NCBI GenBank assembly: GCA_017513865.1
Contig: JAFWMN010000008.1
Location: 15,232 to 79,231, forward strand
From: Bacilli bacterium
Lineage (GTDB): Bacteria > Bacillota_I > Bacilli_A > RF39 > UBA660
Reading direction: 5' to 3'
Length of the DNA: 64,000 bases
The notes beneath the pieces were generated by a model that was not told the origin of the DNA, did no database searches, and saw only the letters and a list, made by a program, of their open reading frames with translations. The position numbers and the translations under genes are program-made. Shown here piece by piece: positions 10,652 through 20,834 of the stretch. Each line of letters starts with the position of its first letter. Position 1 is the first letter of the stretch.

Positions 10652-12424
10652 ATGTTAGGGACAATAATTGGAATTGAAGAAGATACGGTTTTGCTTAAAT
10701 TATCAATTAATTTAAATGAATTTCAAAGTTTAGTTAACATGCATGTGGTTATGGAAGATAATACTAAGATGCTTGTTGGGGAAATATCTGATATTAAAGA
10801 CGGCATAGCTTATATTAAATTAGTTGGTGAAATTCAAAATAATGAGTTTGTCTTTGGAGTTATTAAAAAACCGTCATTTGGGGCTTCAGTAAAACTTATT
10901 TCTAAGGAAAGAATTCCAATGATTATAAGTGTACCAGAATATAAAGAAAAAGAAGATGTTTATATAGGGGAAAGTCCAATCTATCCTGGGGTTAAAATTG
11001 GGTTTAATATAAATGATTTTTTTGCTAGTCATTTTGCTGTTTTTGGTTCTACCGGTAGTGGTAAATCTTGGGGTGTTGCTAAACTTATTCAAAGTATTTT
11101 TGAAAAACAAAGTACTGTAGCTTATAGAGCTTCAATATTTATTTTTGATGCTTATGGTGAATATCATAGTGCTTTTAAAGATATAAGTAAAAATGTTCCA
11201 GAAGTTAGTTTTAAAGCTTATACAACTAATACTAAATTTAGTGAGACAGAAGTTCTTAAAATTCCTTTATGGCTTTTATCTGTAGATGATATTGTTTTAC
11301 TTTTAGGCGCTGAAAGTTCTAATCAAATTCCAATAATTGAAAAAGCCTTGAAATTTGTTGGACTTTTTGTTAGAGAAGATGACGAAGTAAAGACTGCTAA
11401 AAATGATATTATTGCAAGAGCAATATTAGATATTTTATCTAGTGGTCATAGTTCTTCACAAATAAGGGACCAAGTTTTTTCTATTTTATCAACATATCAT
11501 ACAGCTGATTTAAATTTAGAAACTGAAATTTATCAGCCTGGTTACACTAGAAGTTTAAAACAGTGTTTACTTATTGATGAAACTGGTAAAATTAGGGAAA
11601 TGGAATTACTTACTAATTTTATGCAGTCGTTCTTAAGTGAAAGCGTTGATCTTATGCTTCCAGATGGAACATTTATGTATGGTTTAAAAGATTTAGCTGA
11701 TGCTTTAGATTTTGCTTTAATTTCTGAAGGGGCTTTAAATAGTGATAAAATTTTTGATCAGAATAACGTTCTTAAAGTCAGACTCCATACTTTACTTAAC
11801 GGTGATTATGCTAGATATTTTGAGTGTGATCAATATATAACTAGAGATAATTATATTAAAGAATTATTAACAGGAGCTAATGGAAGAAAAGCACAAATAA
11901 TTAATTTTAATATTAACTATGTAGATGATAGATTTGCTAAAATTATAACAAAAATTTATTCAAAACTGTTATTTGATTATGCTAAAAATTTAGATAAAAG
12001 AGCGTCACTTCCTTTTCATATTATTTTGGAGGAAGCTCACCGATATGTTCAAAATGATAATGATATTAATTTAATTGGTTATAATATATTTGATCGAATA
12101 ACTAAAGAAGGTAGAAAATATGGAGTATTATTAGGACTAATTTCACAAAGGCCTTCTGATTTGTCGGAAACATCTATTTCACAATGTAATAATTTCTTAA
12201 TATATAAAATGCTTCATCCAAGAGATATTGAATATATTAGAGATATGGTGCCTAATATTACAACTGAAATAGTAAAAAGACTTAGAATTTTACAACCAGG
12301 TAATTGTATTGCTTTTGGTTCAGCTTTTAAAGTTCCAGTTTTAATTAAACTTGATAAACCATCACCGCCACCATCTAGTAGTAGTTGTGATATTAGCAGC
12401 AATTGGTTTATTGACCGAAAATAA
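10652..12424 (+). CDS. HerA/FtsK-superfamily ATPase (DUF87)
   Basis: HFAVFGSTGSGKS Walker A, ILEEAHRY Walker B, KEGRKYG, SQRPS. Confidence 0.88.
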   Translation: MLGTIIGIEEDTVLLKLSINLNEFQSLVNMHVVMEDNTKMLVGEISDIKDGIAYIKLVGEIQNNEFVFGVIKKPSFGASVKLISKERIPMIISVPEYKEKEDVYIGESPIYPGVKIGFNINDFFASHFAVFGSTGSGKSWGVAKLIQSIFEKQSTVAYRASIFIFDAYGEYHSAFKDISKNVPEVSFKAYTTNTKFSETEVLKIPLWLLSVDDIVLLLGAESSNQIPIIEKALKFVGLFVREDDEVKTAKNDIIARAILDILSSGHSSSQIRDQVFSILSTYHTADLNLETEIYQPGYTRSLKQCLLIDETGKIREMELLTNFMQSFLSESVDLMLPDGTFMYGLKDLADALDFALISEGALNSDKIFDQNNVLKVRLHTLLNGDYARYFECDQYITRDNYIKELLTGANGRKAQIINFNINYVDDRFAKIITKIYSKLLFDYAKNLDKRASLPFHIILEEAHRYVQNDNDINLIGYNIFDRITKEGRKYGVLLGLISQRPSDLSETSISQCNNFLIYKMLHPRDIEYIRDMVPNITTEIVKRLRILQPGNCIAFGSAFKVPVLIKLDKPSPPPSSSSCDISSNWFIDRK

Positions 12425-12481
12425 AATCTGATTTATTCAGATTTTTTAAATTGTAAAATTAAGTATTTAAAAACCAGTATT

Positions 12482-13420
12482 TTACTGGTTTAATTTGTCT
12501 CCTTGATAAATATTTTCTTTATTCATTTTTTTATCAATATTATTTAAGACATTTATTTTTTTTATAGTCCATTTTGGTTCTATTAAATCCTCTTTTACAG
12601 GATCTCCGGTTAATCTTTGAATAACTATTTTAGGATTTAAATATCTTAATTGTTCAGTTATAACGTCAACATATTCTTCTTCAGATAAAATATGAAATTT
12701 ATTATTTTTATAATATGTTTCCAATGGAGTATCTTTTAAAATAGATAACATGTGAATTTTGATACCATCAATACCAATTTTATTTAAATATTTTACAGTT
12801 TCAATCATCATGTCTTTTGTTTCATGCGGAAGTCCATTTATAATATGAACAACAGTAAAGATATTATTTTCTTTTAATTTTTTTAAAGTTTTTTCAAAGC
12901 ATTTTAAATCATGACATCTATTAATTAATTTTGATGTTTTATCATGAATTGTTTGTAAACCTAATTCTACTGTTAAAAATGTTTTTTTATTTAATTTTTT
13001 TAAATAGTCAAAACATTCATCTGATATAGCATCAGGTCTTGTGGCAATGGATAGGCCAACAACATTTGGAAGGTTTAATATTGTTTCATATTTTTCTTTT
13101 AATTCATTCACAGGGGCATAAGTATTTGTTCTAGCTTGGAAATATCCAATATATTTACTATTGGGCCATTTTTTATTCATAGTTTTTTTAACTTTATTAA
13201 ATTGTGTTATTAAATCTTCGTTAGGGTTTCCACCATATTCACCAGAGCCTATTTTAGAGCAGTATATACATCCATTATATCCTTTTGTCCCATCAATGTT
13301 AGGGCAAGTAAAACCAGCGTTTAGGCTTATCTTACATACTTTAAATCCAAATTTTTGTTTATAAAAATAATCTAATGTATGATATCTTTTATTAGTGTTT
13401 GAGTAGGGAAATGTGTTCAT
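12482..13420 (-). CDS. TIGR01212 family radical SAM protein (YtqA/YhcC)
   Basis: GFTCPNIDG...GCIYC, TRPD, ELGLQT, GIKIH. Confidence 0.9.
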   Translation of the reverse strand: MNTFPYSNTNKRYHTLDYFYKQKFGFKVCKISLNAGFTCPNIDGTKGYNGCIYCSKIGSGEYGGNPNEDLITQFNKVKKTMNKKWPNSKYIGYFQARTNTYAPVNELKEKYETILNLPNVVGLSIATRPDAISDECFDYLKKLNKKTFLTVELGLQTIHDKTSKLINRCHDLKCFEKTLKKLKENNIFTVVHIINGLPHETKDMMIETVKYLNKIGIDGIKIHMLSILKDTPLETYYKNNKFHILSEEEYVDVITEQLRYLNPKIVIQRLTGDPVKEDLIEPKWTIKKINVLNNIDKKMNKENIYQGDKLNQ

Positions 13421-13536
13421 AAAATCACCTTTTTTATTATAACATTTTTGTTTCTTTTAGGAAAATGTGTTAATTTTTGTAAAAAAGCTTTATATTACAA
13501 GGTTTTTTTGCTATAATGAAAATGGGAGGTAGAAAA

Positions 13537-15066
13537 ATGAAAAGAAATATACTTAAGGTACTTGGAATATCTTTCTTAATTTTTGTATTTTTAAGTTGGA
13601 TAGTTCCAGTAGGCACTTATTCGGGAGGAAAACTTTCAACTACTGGCATTAGTCCAGTTGGTCTTGGTGACTTAATAAATACACCAGTTAATGCTGTTCT
13701 TACATTTGCTTTATATGCAGTAATATTTGCAGTTATTGGTGGACTTTATGGAGTTATGGAAAAGACTGGTGCATTGGAAAAATTGACTGATAAATGGGTA
13801 AATAGGTTTGATGGTAGTGAAACTAAATTTTTAGTTATTACTATGGTATTATTTGTAGTACTATCATCTGTTACAGGACTTGTTATTCCATTATTTGTTT
13901 TAGTTCCACTTTTTGCTGCTGCTTTATTTAAAATGAATTATGATAAAGTTACTGTTTTAGCAGCAACGGTAGGTAGTTTGCTTTTAGGTACTATTGTTTC
14001 AACTTTAGGTTTTAATGTTACAGGTTATACTAAAAATATTTTATCTTTAGATATGACTAATCAAATATGGACAAAGTTAATTTTATTTGTATTATTAACA
14101 GTTCTATTTGTGTTTACTGTTGTTAATTCTGCTAAGAAAAAGGCTTCTAAAGCTATGGAAGTAAAAGAGGTTAAAAAAGAAATTAAAGCTAAGGTAGAAC
14201 CTAAAAAGACTAAACCTAACGTTAGTAAAACAACTAAAAAAACTACTAAGAAACCGGCTAGAAAAACAACTACTAAAGCTTTAGCTGTTACTAAACCAAT
14301 TAAGAAAGTAAATGATAATAAAATGGTTAGTACTAGAGCTTTATCAATTATTTTAACTTTAATGTTTATTGTAGCTATTTTAGGTATGTATAACTGGTAT
14401 TATAGTTTTAATATTGATGTTTTCAGCAAAATGCATGAAGCTGTTATGGGTGTTAAAATTAAAGGATTTGCAATATTTGAAAATTTATTTGGTGGTATTA
14501 GCCAATTTGGATATTGGGGAAATGTTGAATTTATTGGTCTTATGATTTTTACATCTATGGTAATTGCTTTTGTTTATAAATTAAATATCAATGAATATGT
14601 TGAAAGCTTTATTGCTGGTATGAAAAAAATGATGCCAACAGCTATTTATGCGGCTCTTGCTAGTGTAATTTTAGCTGTATTATATCAATCATTACAATCA
14701 GGTGCTGGAACTTTAGTAGATTCAATTAATGGTAAATTATATGAATTAAATGATGGTTTTAATCCTATCATTACTGGCATTAGTGCATTATTTAGTGGTT
14801 TCTTCTTTAATGATTTATATTATTTACTTTATGACATTTCTAAATTTGTTACTAGTTTTGATTCTGCTAGTTTATCAATAGCTGGATTACTTATTCAATC
14901 AGTATATGGTGTTGCAATGATGATTTTCCCAACAAGTGTTATTTTAATAGCTGGTTTAAGTTATTTCGATGTATCATATGGCAAGTGGATGAAGTATATT
15001 TGGAGATTTGTTTTAATCGCATTCTTACTTGTGCTTCTAGCTTGTGGAATACTAACATTATTATAA
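13537..15066 (+). CDS. YfcC/DcuC-like multi-pass transporter with Lys-rich insertion
   Basis: SWIVPVG N-terminus, many TM helices, PTS...L...VSYGKWMKYIW C-terminus. Confidence 0.7.
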   Translation: MKRNILKVLGISFLIFVFLSWIVPVGTYSGGKLSTTGISPVGLGDLINTPVNAVLTFALYAVIFAVIGGLYGVMEKTGALEKLTDKWVNRFDGSETKFLVITMVLFVVLSSVTGLVIPLFVLVPLFAAALFKMNYDKVTVLAATVGSLLLGTIVSTLGFNVTGYTKNILSLDMTNQIWTKLILFVLLTVLFVFTVVNSAKKKASKAMEVKEVKKEIKAKVEPKKTKPNVSKTTKKTTKKPARKTTTKALAVTKPIKKVNDNKMVSTRALSIILTLMFIVAILGMYNWYYSFNIDVFSKMHEAVMGVKIKGFAIFENLFGGISQFGYWGNVEFIGLMIFTSMVIAFVYKLNINEYVESFIAGMKKMMPTAIYAALASVILAVLYQSLQSGAGTLVDSINGKLYELNDGFNPIITGISALFSGFFFNDLYYLLYDISKFVTSFDSASLSIAGLLIQSVYGVAMMIFPTSVILIAGLSYFDVSYGKWMKYIWRFVLIAFLLVLLACGILTLL

Positions 15067-15089
15067 GAGACGCTTTGGCGTTTCTTTTT
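15065..15089 (+). terminator. Intrinsic terminator
   Basis: AAGAGACGC-TTTG-GCGTTTCTT followed by T-run. Confidence 0.7.
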
Positions 15090-15128
15090 ATTTTGTATAA
15101 AATATGGTAAAATTAAAGTGGTGGTATA

Positions 15129-15767
15129 ATGACATTTGATTATAAAATAGATGGTGAAGTATATACTGTTTTGGTTGTTAAAAAGAGAAATAAAAACACA
15201 TATATTAAAATTAGGGATGATTTAACTATTTATGTAACTACTAATTATTTGGCAACAAAGCATTATATTAAAAATATTTTAAATAATGAAAAAGATTTTT
15301 TAAAAAAATCGTTAAATAAAGTAAAGCGACAAGCAAAAATGGATGAAGAGTTCTATTATTTAGGACAAAAATATGATATAATGTTAATACCATCAGATAG
15401 TGTAAAATTAAGTGATGGTAAGGTATATGTCAGCGATTTAAAGATATTAGATAAATGGCTTAAAATGGAGATGATGAGGGTTTTTTCTGAACGACTAGAT
15501 TATAATTATAGTTTGTTTGAGGAAAAAATACCTTTTCCTAAGCTTAAGATTAGAAAAATGAAGACCAGATGGGGAGTGTGTAATAAAAGAGATAATTCAA
15601 TTACTTTAAATTCTAAATTAATAAAATATAGTTTAAAGGAAATTGATTATGTAATTATTCATGAACTCAGCCATTTTGTTCATTTTGATCATTCTAGAAA
15701 ATTTTGGGAAACTATTAGAAAATATATGCCTTTATATAAAGATGCAGTTAAGGTCTTAAAAGGATAA
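15129..15767 (+). CDS. M48/YgjP (DUF45) family metallohydrolase
   Basis: MKTRWGVC and YVIIHELSH...HSRKFW. Confidence 0.88.
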   Translation: MTFDYKIDGEVYTVLVVKKRNKNTYIKIRDDLTIYVTTNYLATKHYIKNILNNEKDFLKKSLNKVKRQAKMDEEFYYLGQKYDIMLIPSDSVKLSDGKVYVSDLKILDKWLKMEMMRVFSERLDYNYSLFEEKIPFPKLKIRKMKTRWGVCNKRDNSITLNSKLIKYSLKEIDYVIIHELSHFVHFDHSRKFWETIRKYMPLYKDAVKVLKG

Positions 15768-15776
15768 GGTGGTTAT

Positions 15777-17018
15777 ATGAAAAAAGTATTGTATACTGTA
15801 GGACTTATTAGTTTACTTCTTTTCAGTATATTTGTTACACCAACATATGCTAGAGAAAAGACATTGGGTGAATTAAAAGCTGAAGCTGAGGCTAATAGAA
15901 AAGCTTATAATGCGGCTAAGCAAGAAAAAAATATGAAAGCTGAAGAGAAAGAAAAAGCTTTGAATGATAAAGCAGCTGTGGAAAAAGAAATTGAAAATAT
16001 CAACAACGAACTTAAACAAATAGTTGAACAAGTGGAAGAACTTCAAAAAGATATTGATAGAAAAGATGCTCAGATGAAAGATATTATGAGTTATGTTCAA
16101 GTGACTAATGGAGAAGCAAATTATCTTGAATATATTTTTGGAGCCACGGATTTTACAGATTTTATTTATCGAGTTTCTGTTGCTGAACAGCTAGGTGACT
16201 ATAATAAACAGTTAATTGATGAATATAGTAATGATATTAAAAAACTTGAGGCTAAAAAACAAGAATTGACTAGAAAAGAAGAGCAATTAAATAAAAAAAG
16301 AGAAGAACTCAGCCTTCTTCAAGCAAAGCTTGCTGAAGAAATTAGTGATTTAAATAAAACGATGGTTGATAAAGATACAGAATATAAGGCTACTATTAAT
16401 ATGATTAATAGTATGACAAAATGTAAGATGTCAGAAACGATGAGTCAATGTATGACTAGACTTAGTAGAAGTATTGCTAGTTCTACTAGTGGTGTTGGAT
16501 CTGTTACAGGAATTAAAATTCCTAGTACTAATGGTACTTATATGCCTATTGGTTATGGTTATGTAACTAGTGATTTTGGTTGGAGAAGTTATGATAATAG
16601 TTATCATAAAGGAATAGATTTTTCTTATTGTTCTGGTTGTACAGGACCTATTTATCCAGTTGCTTCAGGACAAGTGGTACTAGTTCAACCTTGGGGAACA
16701 TATAAAGTTGGTGGCCGAAATTGTGGTAGTAATATAGTTTATGTACTTCATAATGTAGGGGGACATCCTTATGTTACTTCTTATTGGCATATGGCATCAG
16801 TATCAGTTAGTCAGTGGCAAAATGTAACACCTAATACAGTTTTAGGTCAAGTTGGTGGCGATAATGATGCTTGTGCAGGTGCTAGACATTTACATTTAAA
16901 TTTATTTGATGGAAATACTTGGAGTGGGGCTAATTCTTATACAGCTAACCAAGGAAGAATAAATCCAAGAACAATTATGCCACAAATTCCTTCTAAAGGA
17001 ACAAGGTTTGTCAGATAA
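15777..17018 (+). CDS. Secreted coiled-coil (PcsB/CwlO-type) plus M23 peptidoglycan endopeptidase
   Basis: Signal peptide, YLEYIFGATDFTDF coiled coil, intact HKGID and HLH motifs. Confidence 0.85.
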   Translation: MKKVLYTVGLISLLLFSIFVTPTYAREKTLGELKAEAEANRKAYNAAKQEKNMKAEEKEKALNDKAAVEKEIENINNELKQIVEQVEELQKDIDRKDAQMKDIMSYVQVTNGEANYLEYIFGATDFTDFIYRVSVAEQLGDYNKQLIDEYSNDIKKLEAKKQELTRKEEQLNKKREELSLLQAKLAEEISDLNKTMVDKDTEYKATINMINSMTKCKMSETMSQCMTRLSRSIASSTSGVGSVTGIKIPSTNGTYMPIGYGYVTSDFGWRSYDNSYHKGIDFSYCSGCTGPIYPVASGQVVLVQPWGTYKVGGRNCGSNIVYVLHNVGGHPYVTSYWHMASVSVSQWQNVTPNTVLGQVGGDNDACAGARHLHLNLFDGNTWSGANSYTANQGRINPRTIMPQIPSKGTRFVR

Positions 17019-17093
17019 TTTAAAGAGGAAACATTTCCTCTTTATTTGACATTTTTAAGTATTAATTTTTGTTATATTACTTTTGGTGATATA

Positions 17094-17264
17094 ATGAAAG
17101 TGAGAGTTTTCGATGAATCTCATGAGAAAGATTTAGAAGAGGCGATTAATAATTTTGTAGAAGATGAAGAACCAAAAATTCTTGATATTAAATTTTCAGT
17201 AGCTATAGGGGTATTTTCCGAAGAACAAGTGTTTTGTTTTTCGGCTTTGATTTTATATGAGTAG
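17094..17264 (+). CDS. cse60: Sporulation protein Cse60 (DUF2758)
   Basis: VRVFDESHEKDLE...DIKFSVA...FCFSALILY. Confidence 0.8.
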   Translation: MKVRVFDESHEKDLEEAINNFVEDEEPKILDIKFSVAIGVFSEEQVFCFSALILYE

Positions 17265-17272
17265 GTGGTTAG

Positions 17273-18913
17273 ATGAAGAAAACTGGCTTTTTAGCTGGAG
17301 CAGCTATATCAACAATAGGAATTGTTTTATGTAAAGTTATAGGGTTAGTTTATGTAATCCCTTTTTATGCGATTATAGGAACTCAAGGAGGAGCTTTATA
17401 TAGCTATGCCTATGCGATTTATAACATATTTTTAAATTTGGCTACTTCTGGTATTCCTGTAGCCATGAGTAAAGTTGTTTCAGAATTTAATGAGATGGGT
17501 TACTATAATACTAAAGAAAGAACTTTTAAAATAGGTCTTAGAATTATTTCTATTCTATGTATTATTTCTTTTTTAGTATTATTTATATTTGCTCCACAAA
17601 TTGCTTATTTAATAATCGGTGATGTTAAAGGTGGAAATACAATTGAGGATGTAACTTTAGTTATTAGAATTATTTCAACAGCGGTGTTAGTTGTTCCACA
17701 TTTAAGTGTATCTAAAGGTTATCTACAAGGACATAAAATTATGCAGGTATCTTCAATTGCGGATGTTTTAGAACAAGTTGTTAGAGTTGCTGTCATTTTA
17801 TTAGGTAGTTTTGTCAGTTTAAAAATATTACATTTACCTTTAAATACAGCAGTTGGTTTTGCAGTTTTTGCAGCTACTGTAGGGGCTCTCGCTGCGTACT
17901 TTTATGTTCATGGAAAAATTAAAAATGCAAAAAATTTAAATAAGGGAGCAAAACCACTTCCTGAAGAAAAAGTGTTTACTAATAAAAAACTAGTTAATAA
18001 AGTTATTTTTTATGCGATGCCTTTTGTTATTATTTCGCTTTTGGAAACTTTATTTGTAAATGTGGATATATTTACGGTTGTTAAAAGTTTAGTTGATTTG
18101 GGTTATACGACTAAAATAGCGGAAAATGTTATTAGTGTTATATCGACATGGGGATCTAAACTTAATATGATAGTTATGGCTGTATCAACAGGTATTATAA
18201 CTAGTTTGATTCCAACTATAGCTTCTAGTTATGCGGTTAAAAATATTAAAGAAGTTAATAGTAAAATTAATCAAGCTTTGCAAATACTTTGTTTAGTTAT
18301 TATTCCTTTAGCTGTTGGCATGAGTTTTATGTCAAGAGCTGTTTGGACAGTTTTTTATGGGTATAACGAGCTTAATAGTTCAATATTTAGTTTACTTATA
18401 TTTTCTCAAATACCACTTGCGATATGTTCAGTTTTAGTTAATACTAATCAAGCGATGACTAATACTAAAGCGACAGTAACGGCGTTACTTGGTTCATTAA
18501 TTCTTAAAATTATATTTAATGTTCCAATGATGCATTTATTTAATAAAATTGGTTTTGAAGCTTACTTTGCAACAATTACCTTGAATATTTTAATTGATTT
18601 AGTTGAATCAGTTTATTTAATGTACAGAGTAAAAGCTAAAACTAAAATTAGTTTTTATAAAGCTTTTAAAACTTTTATTAAAGTTGCTCTTTGTACTTCT
18701 ATTATGATTGTAAGTTTATCTATTTTAAATTTGTTTATTCCTAATTATTCAGTATCTAGATTTATGTCAATTATTTATATACTTATTTATGGATTAGTAG
18801 GGGTATTAATATATTTATTTATGGCTTATAAATCTAATACTATTACAGAAATTGTTGGGAAAGAATTTGTTAATAAAATACTTATAAAATTTAGAAGATT
18901 TGTTCGCAGATAG
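17273..18913 (+). CDS. MurJ (YtgP)/polysaccharide flippase family protein
   Basis: GLVYVIPF, SGIPVAMSK, GYLQG, EQVVRV; many TM helices. Confidence 0.85.
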   Translation: MKKTGFLAGAAISTIGIVLCKVIGLVYVIPFYAIIGTQGGALYSYAYAIYNIFLNLATSGIPVAMSKVVSEFNEMGYYNTKERTFKIGLRIISILCIISFLVLFIFAPQIAYLIIGDVKGGNTIEDVTLVIRIISTAVLVVPHLSVSKGYLQGHKIMQVSSIADVLEQVVRVAVILLGSFVSLKILHLPLNTAVGFAVFAATVGALAAYFYVHGKIKNAKNLNKGAKPLPEEKVFTNKKLVNKVIFYAMPFVIISLLETLFVNVDIFTVVKSLVDLGYTTKIAENVISVISTWGSKLNMIVMAVSTGIITSLIPTIASSYAVKNIKEVNSKINQALQILCLVIIPLAVGMSFMSRAVWTVFYGYNELNSSIFSLLIFSQIPLAICSVLVNTNQAMTNTKATVTALLGSLILKIIFNVPMMHLFNKIGFEAYFATITLNILIDLVESVYLMYRVKAKTKISFYKAFKTFIKVALCTSIMIVSLSILNLFIPNYSVSRFMSIIYILIYGLVGVLIYLFMAYKSNTITEIVGKEFVNKILIKFRRFVRR

Positions 18914-18969
18914 AAATTGACTATAATTTATAATGTGATAAAATATAAAAGAAAAAAAGAGGTGATGAC

Positions 18970-20709
18970 ATGGAAGAATTATCATTTTTGGATAAGATTA
19001 AAATTTTATTTGATAATATTTTAGCTCATCCTCTTTTTATGTTAGTTATATTTGTACCAGTAATAATTTATTTTTTGCAGAAAAAGCATGGCAAAAAAAC
19101 GTACATTATTTTATATTTTGTTATAATATTTTCTATTTTATTTGCTTTTGGTGACGTTTTATTTAAGTTATTTGATAATTTAATAGATGGATTATTTATG
19201 GTTTTATATTTTCCTAATTTTATTACTTTATTTGGTGTTGTTTTGGCAACCTCTATGCTTACTTTGATCGCAATTTTTAGCAGGAAAATGCTTAGAGTAA
19301 ATAAAATTATAAACTTTGTTTCTTTTGGGGTTATTCAGTTTTTATTTGTTTTGGTTTTACTTACGATAAGAGCTAACAAAATAAATGTTTATAAAACTAA
19401 TGCTTTGTATACTAATAGCGATGTTTTAAGTTTAATGCAGCTTTTAGTAGGTATGTTTGCTCTTCAAATTATCTCTATTTTGATAATTAGTTTAATTAAT
19501 AGACTTGCTAATTCATTAGATAAAAAGCATGGATTACTTTCTGCTAGTGATGAAGATCAGGTAAATAAACTTGCGAAGAGTAAATTAATTAAAACTATTA
19601 AAATTAATAATGAAAAAGTTGGTTTTATTAATGTGGCTGATATGAAAACAACTAGTAAACCTAAATTAAAACCGTTTAAGTTTGATATTAATAAAATAGA
19701 ATCTATTGGATTACAGGTGGATGAGAAACCAAAACTATATAGTGTTATTACTTTAAATAGTAATGTATTTAGTTATTTAAATGAAATATTAAAACCAAGA
19801 AAATTTAAATTTATTAAGCTTGATTCAGATAAAATAAAAAGTATTAAATTAAATGGTCGATTTAAAACTAAACTTCCATTTAATAAAATTATTTTGGAAA
19901 GTAAAGTATTTACTTATTTGAATGAAGTAATAAAGCCAAGGAAATTTAGATATGTTAAACTTGATTCTGAAAAAATAAAAAGTATTAAATTAAATGGTAA
20001 AGTGAAAGACAAAAAACCATTTAAAAAGATTTCACTTACAAATAAGGATTTTACTTATTTAAATGAAATCGTAAAAACAAAAAAATATAAAAACACTACT
20101 TTAGATTTAAATAAAACAGGGAATATTAATTTAGATGTTCCTTTAAAAGAAGAAAGGCCTTATACTAAAGTTTCTCTTAATGATAAAGAAGTCAAATATT
20201 TAAATGAAGTAGTTAAACCTAAAAGAATTAAAAAAACTATATTAGATTTAAATAAGACTAATAATATTAGCTTGGATGTTCCTAACAAAAACAAAAAATC
20301 ATTTAGTAAAAAAATTCTTAAAAACAAATATGTTGCTTATTTAAATGAAATAATAAATCCTAAAAAAGATAAAAATACTATTTTAGATTTAGATAAACCT
20401 ACTAATTTAAATGAGTCTTCTTCAAAGAAAAAATTTGTCAATGATGAAATTTCTTCTTTAAAGCCAGATTTATTAAGACCAATGGAAAAGGTTCAAAAAT
20501 TTATTCCTGATAAAGAGGTTAAGCAAAATAAAACAATTGAACATTTAAATATTATTGATATTCAATCAACTTTAGATATTATTTCTAATTGTAAATTAAT
20601 TAAAACGAATTTAAAAGGTTTTGATAATGTTCTTACGGTTGATAAACTTAAAATAAGCAATTTTAATTTATTAATGAAAGTATTGAAACTATATAAATTA
20701 TATAAATAA
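18970..20709 (+). CDS. Hypothetical membrane protein with Lys-rich tandem repeats
   Basis: About 5 N-terminal TM helices, then YLNE-containing repeats. Confidence 0.75.
   Translation: MEELSFLDKIKILFDNILAHPLFMLVIFVPVIIYFLQKKHGKKTYIILYFVIIFSILFAFGDVLFKLFDNLIDGLFMVLYFPNFITLFGVVLATSMLTLIAIFSRKMLRVNKIINFVSFGVIQFLFVLVLLTIRANKINVYKTNALYTNSDVLSLMQLLVGMFALQIISILIISLINRLANSLDKKHGLLSASDEDQVNKLAKSKLIKTIKINNEKVGFINVADMKTTSKPKLKPFKFDINKIESIGLQVDEKPKLYSVITLNSNVFSYLNEILKPRKFKFIKLDSDKIKSIKLNGRFKTKLPFNKIILESKVFTYLNEVIKPRKFRYVKLDSEKIKSIKLNGKVKDKKPFKKISLTNKDFTYLNEIVKTKKYKNTTLDLNKTGNINLDVPLKEERPYTKVSLNDKEVKYLNEVVKPKRIKKTILDLNKTNNISLDVPNKNKKSFSKKILKNKYVAYLNEIINPKKDKNTILDLDKPTNLNESSSKKKFVNDEISSLKPDLLRPMEKVQKFIPDKEVKQNKTIEHLNIIDIQSTLDIISNCKLIKTNLKGFDNVLTVDKLKISNFNLLMKVLKLYKLYK
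19740..20410 (+). repeat. Five degenerate 141-bp (47-aa) coding tandem repeats
   Basis: YLNE codons start at 19774, 19915, 20056, 20197 and 20338 (exact 141-bp period). Confidence 0.9.
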
Positions 20710-20834
20710 AAACCATTATGGTTTTTATTTTTTTAATTCTTTATTAAAGACTATATATTTATATTTTCATTAAATTATTGACAAAATTATAAGTATTGGT
20801 ACAATTGATGTAGTATGGGAAAGTAGAGGAATGT

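Noticed and set aside
19740-20410. 141-bp repeats as a CRISPR or non-coding array
   Set aside because: They are in-frame, degenerate at the DNA level and have no repeat-spacer structure; no cas genes are present.
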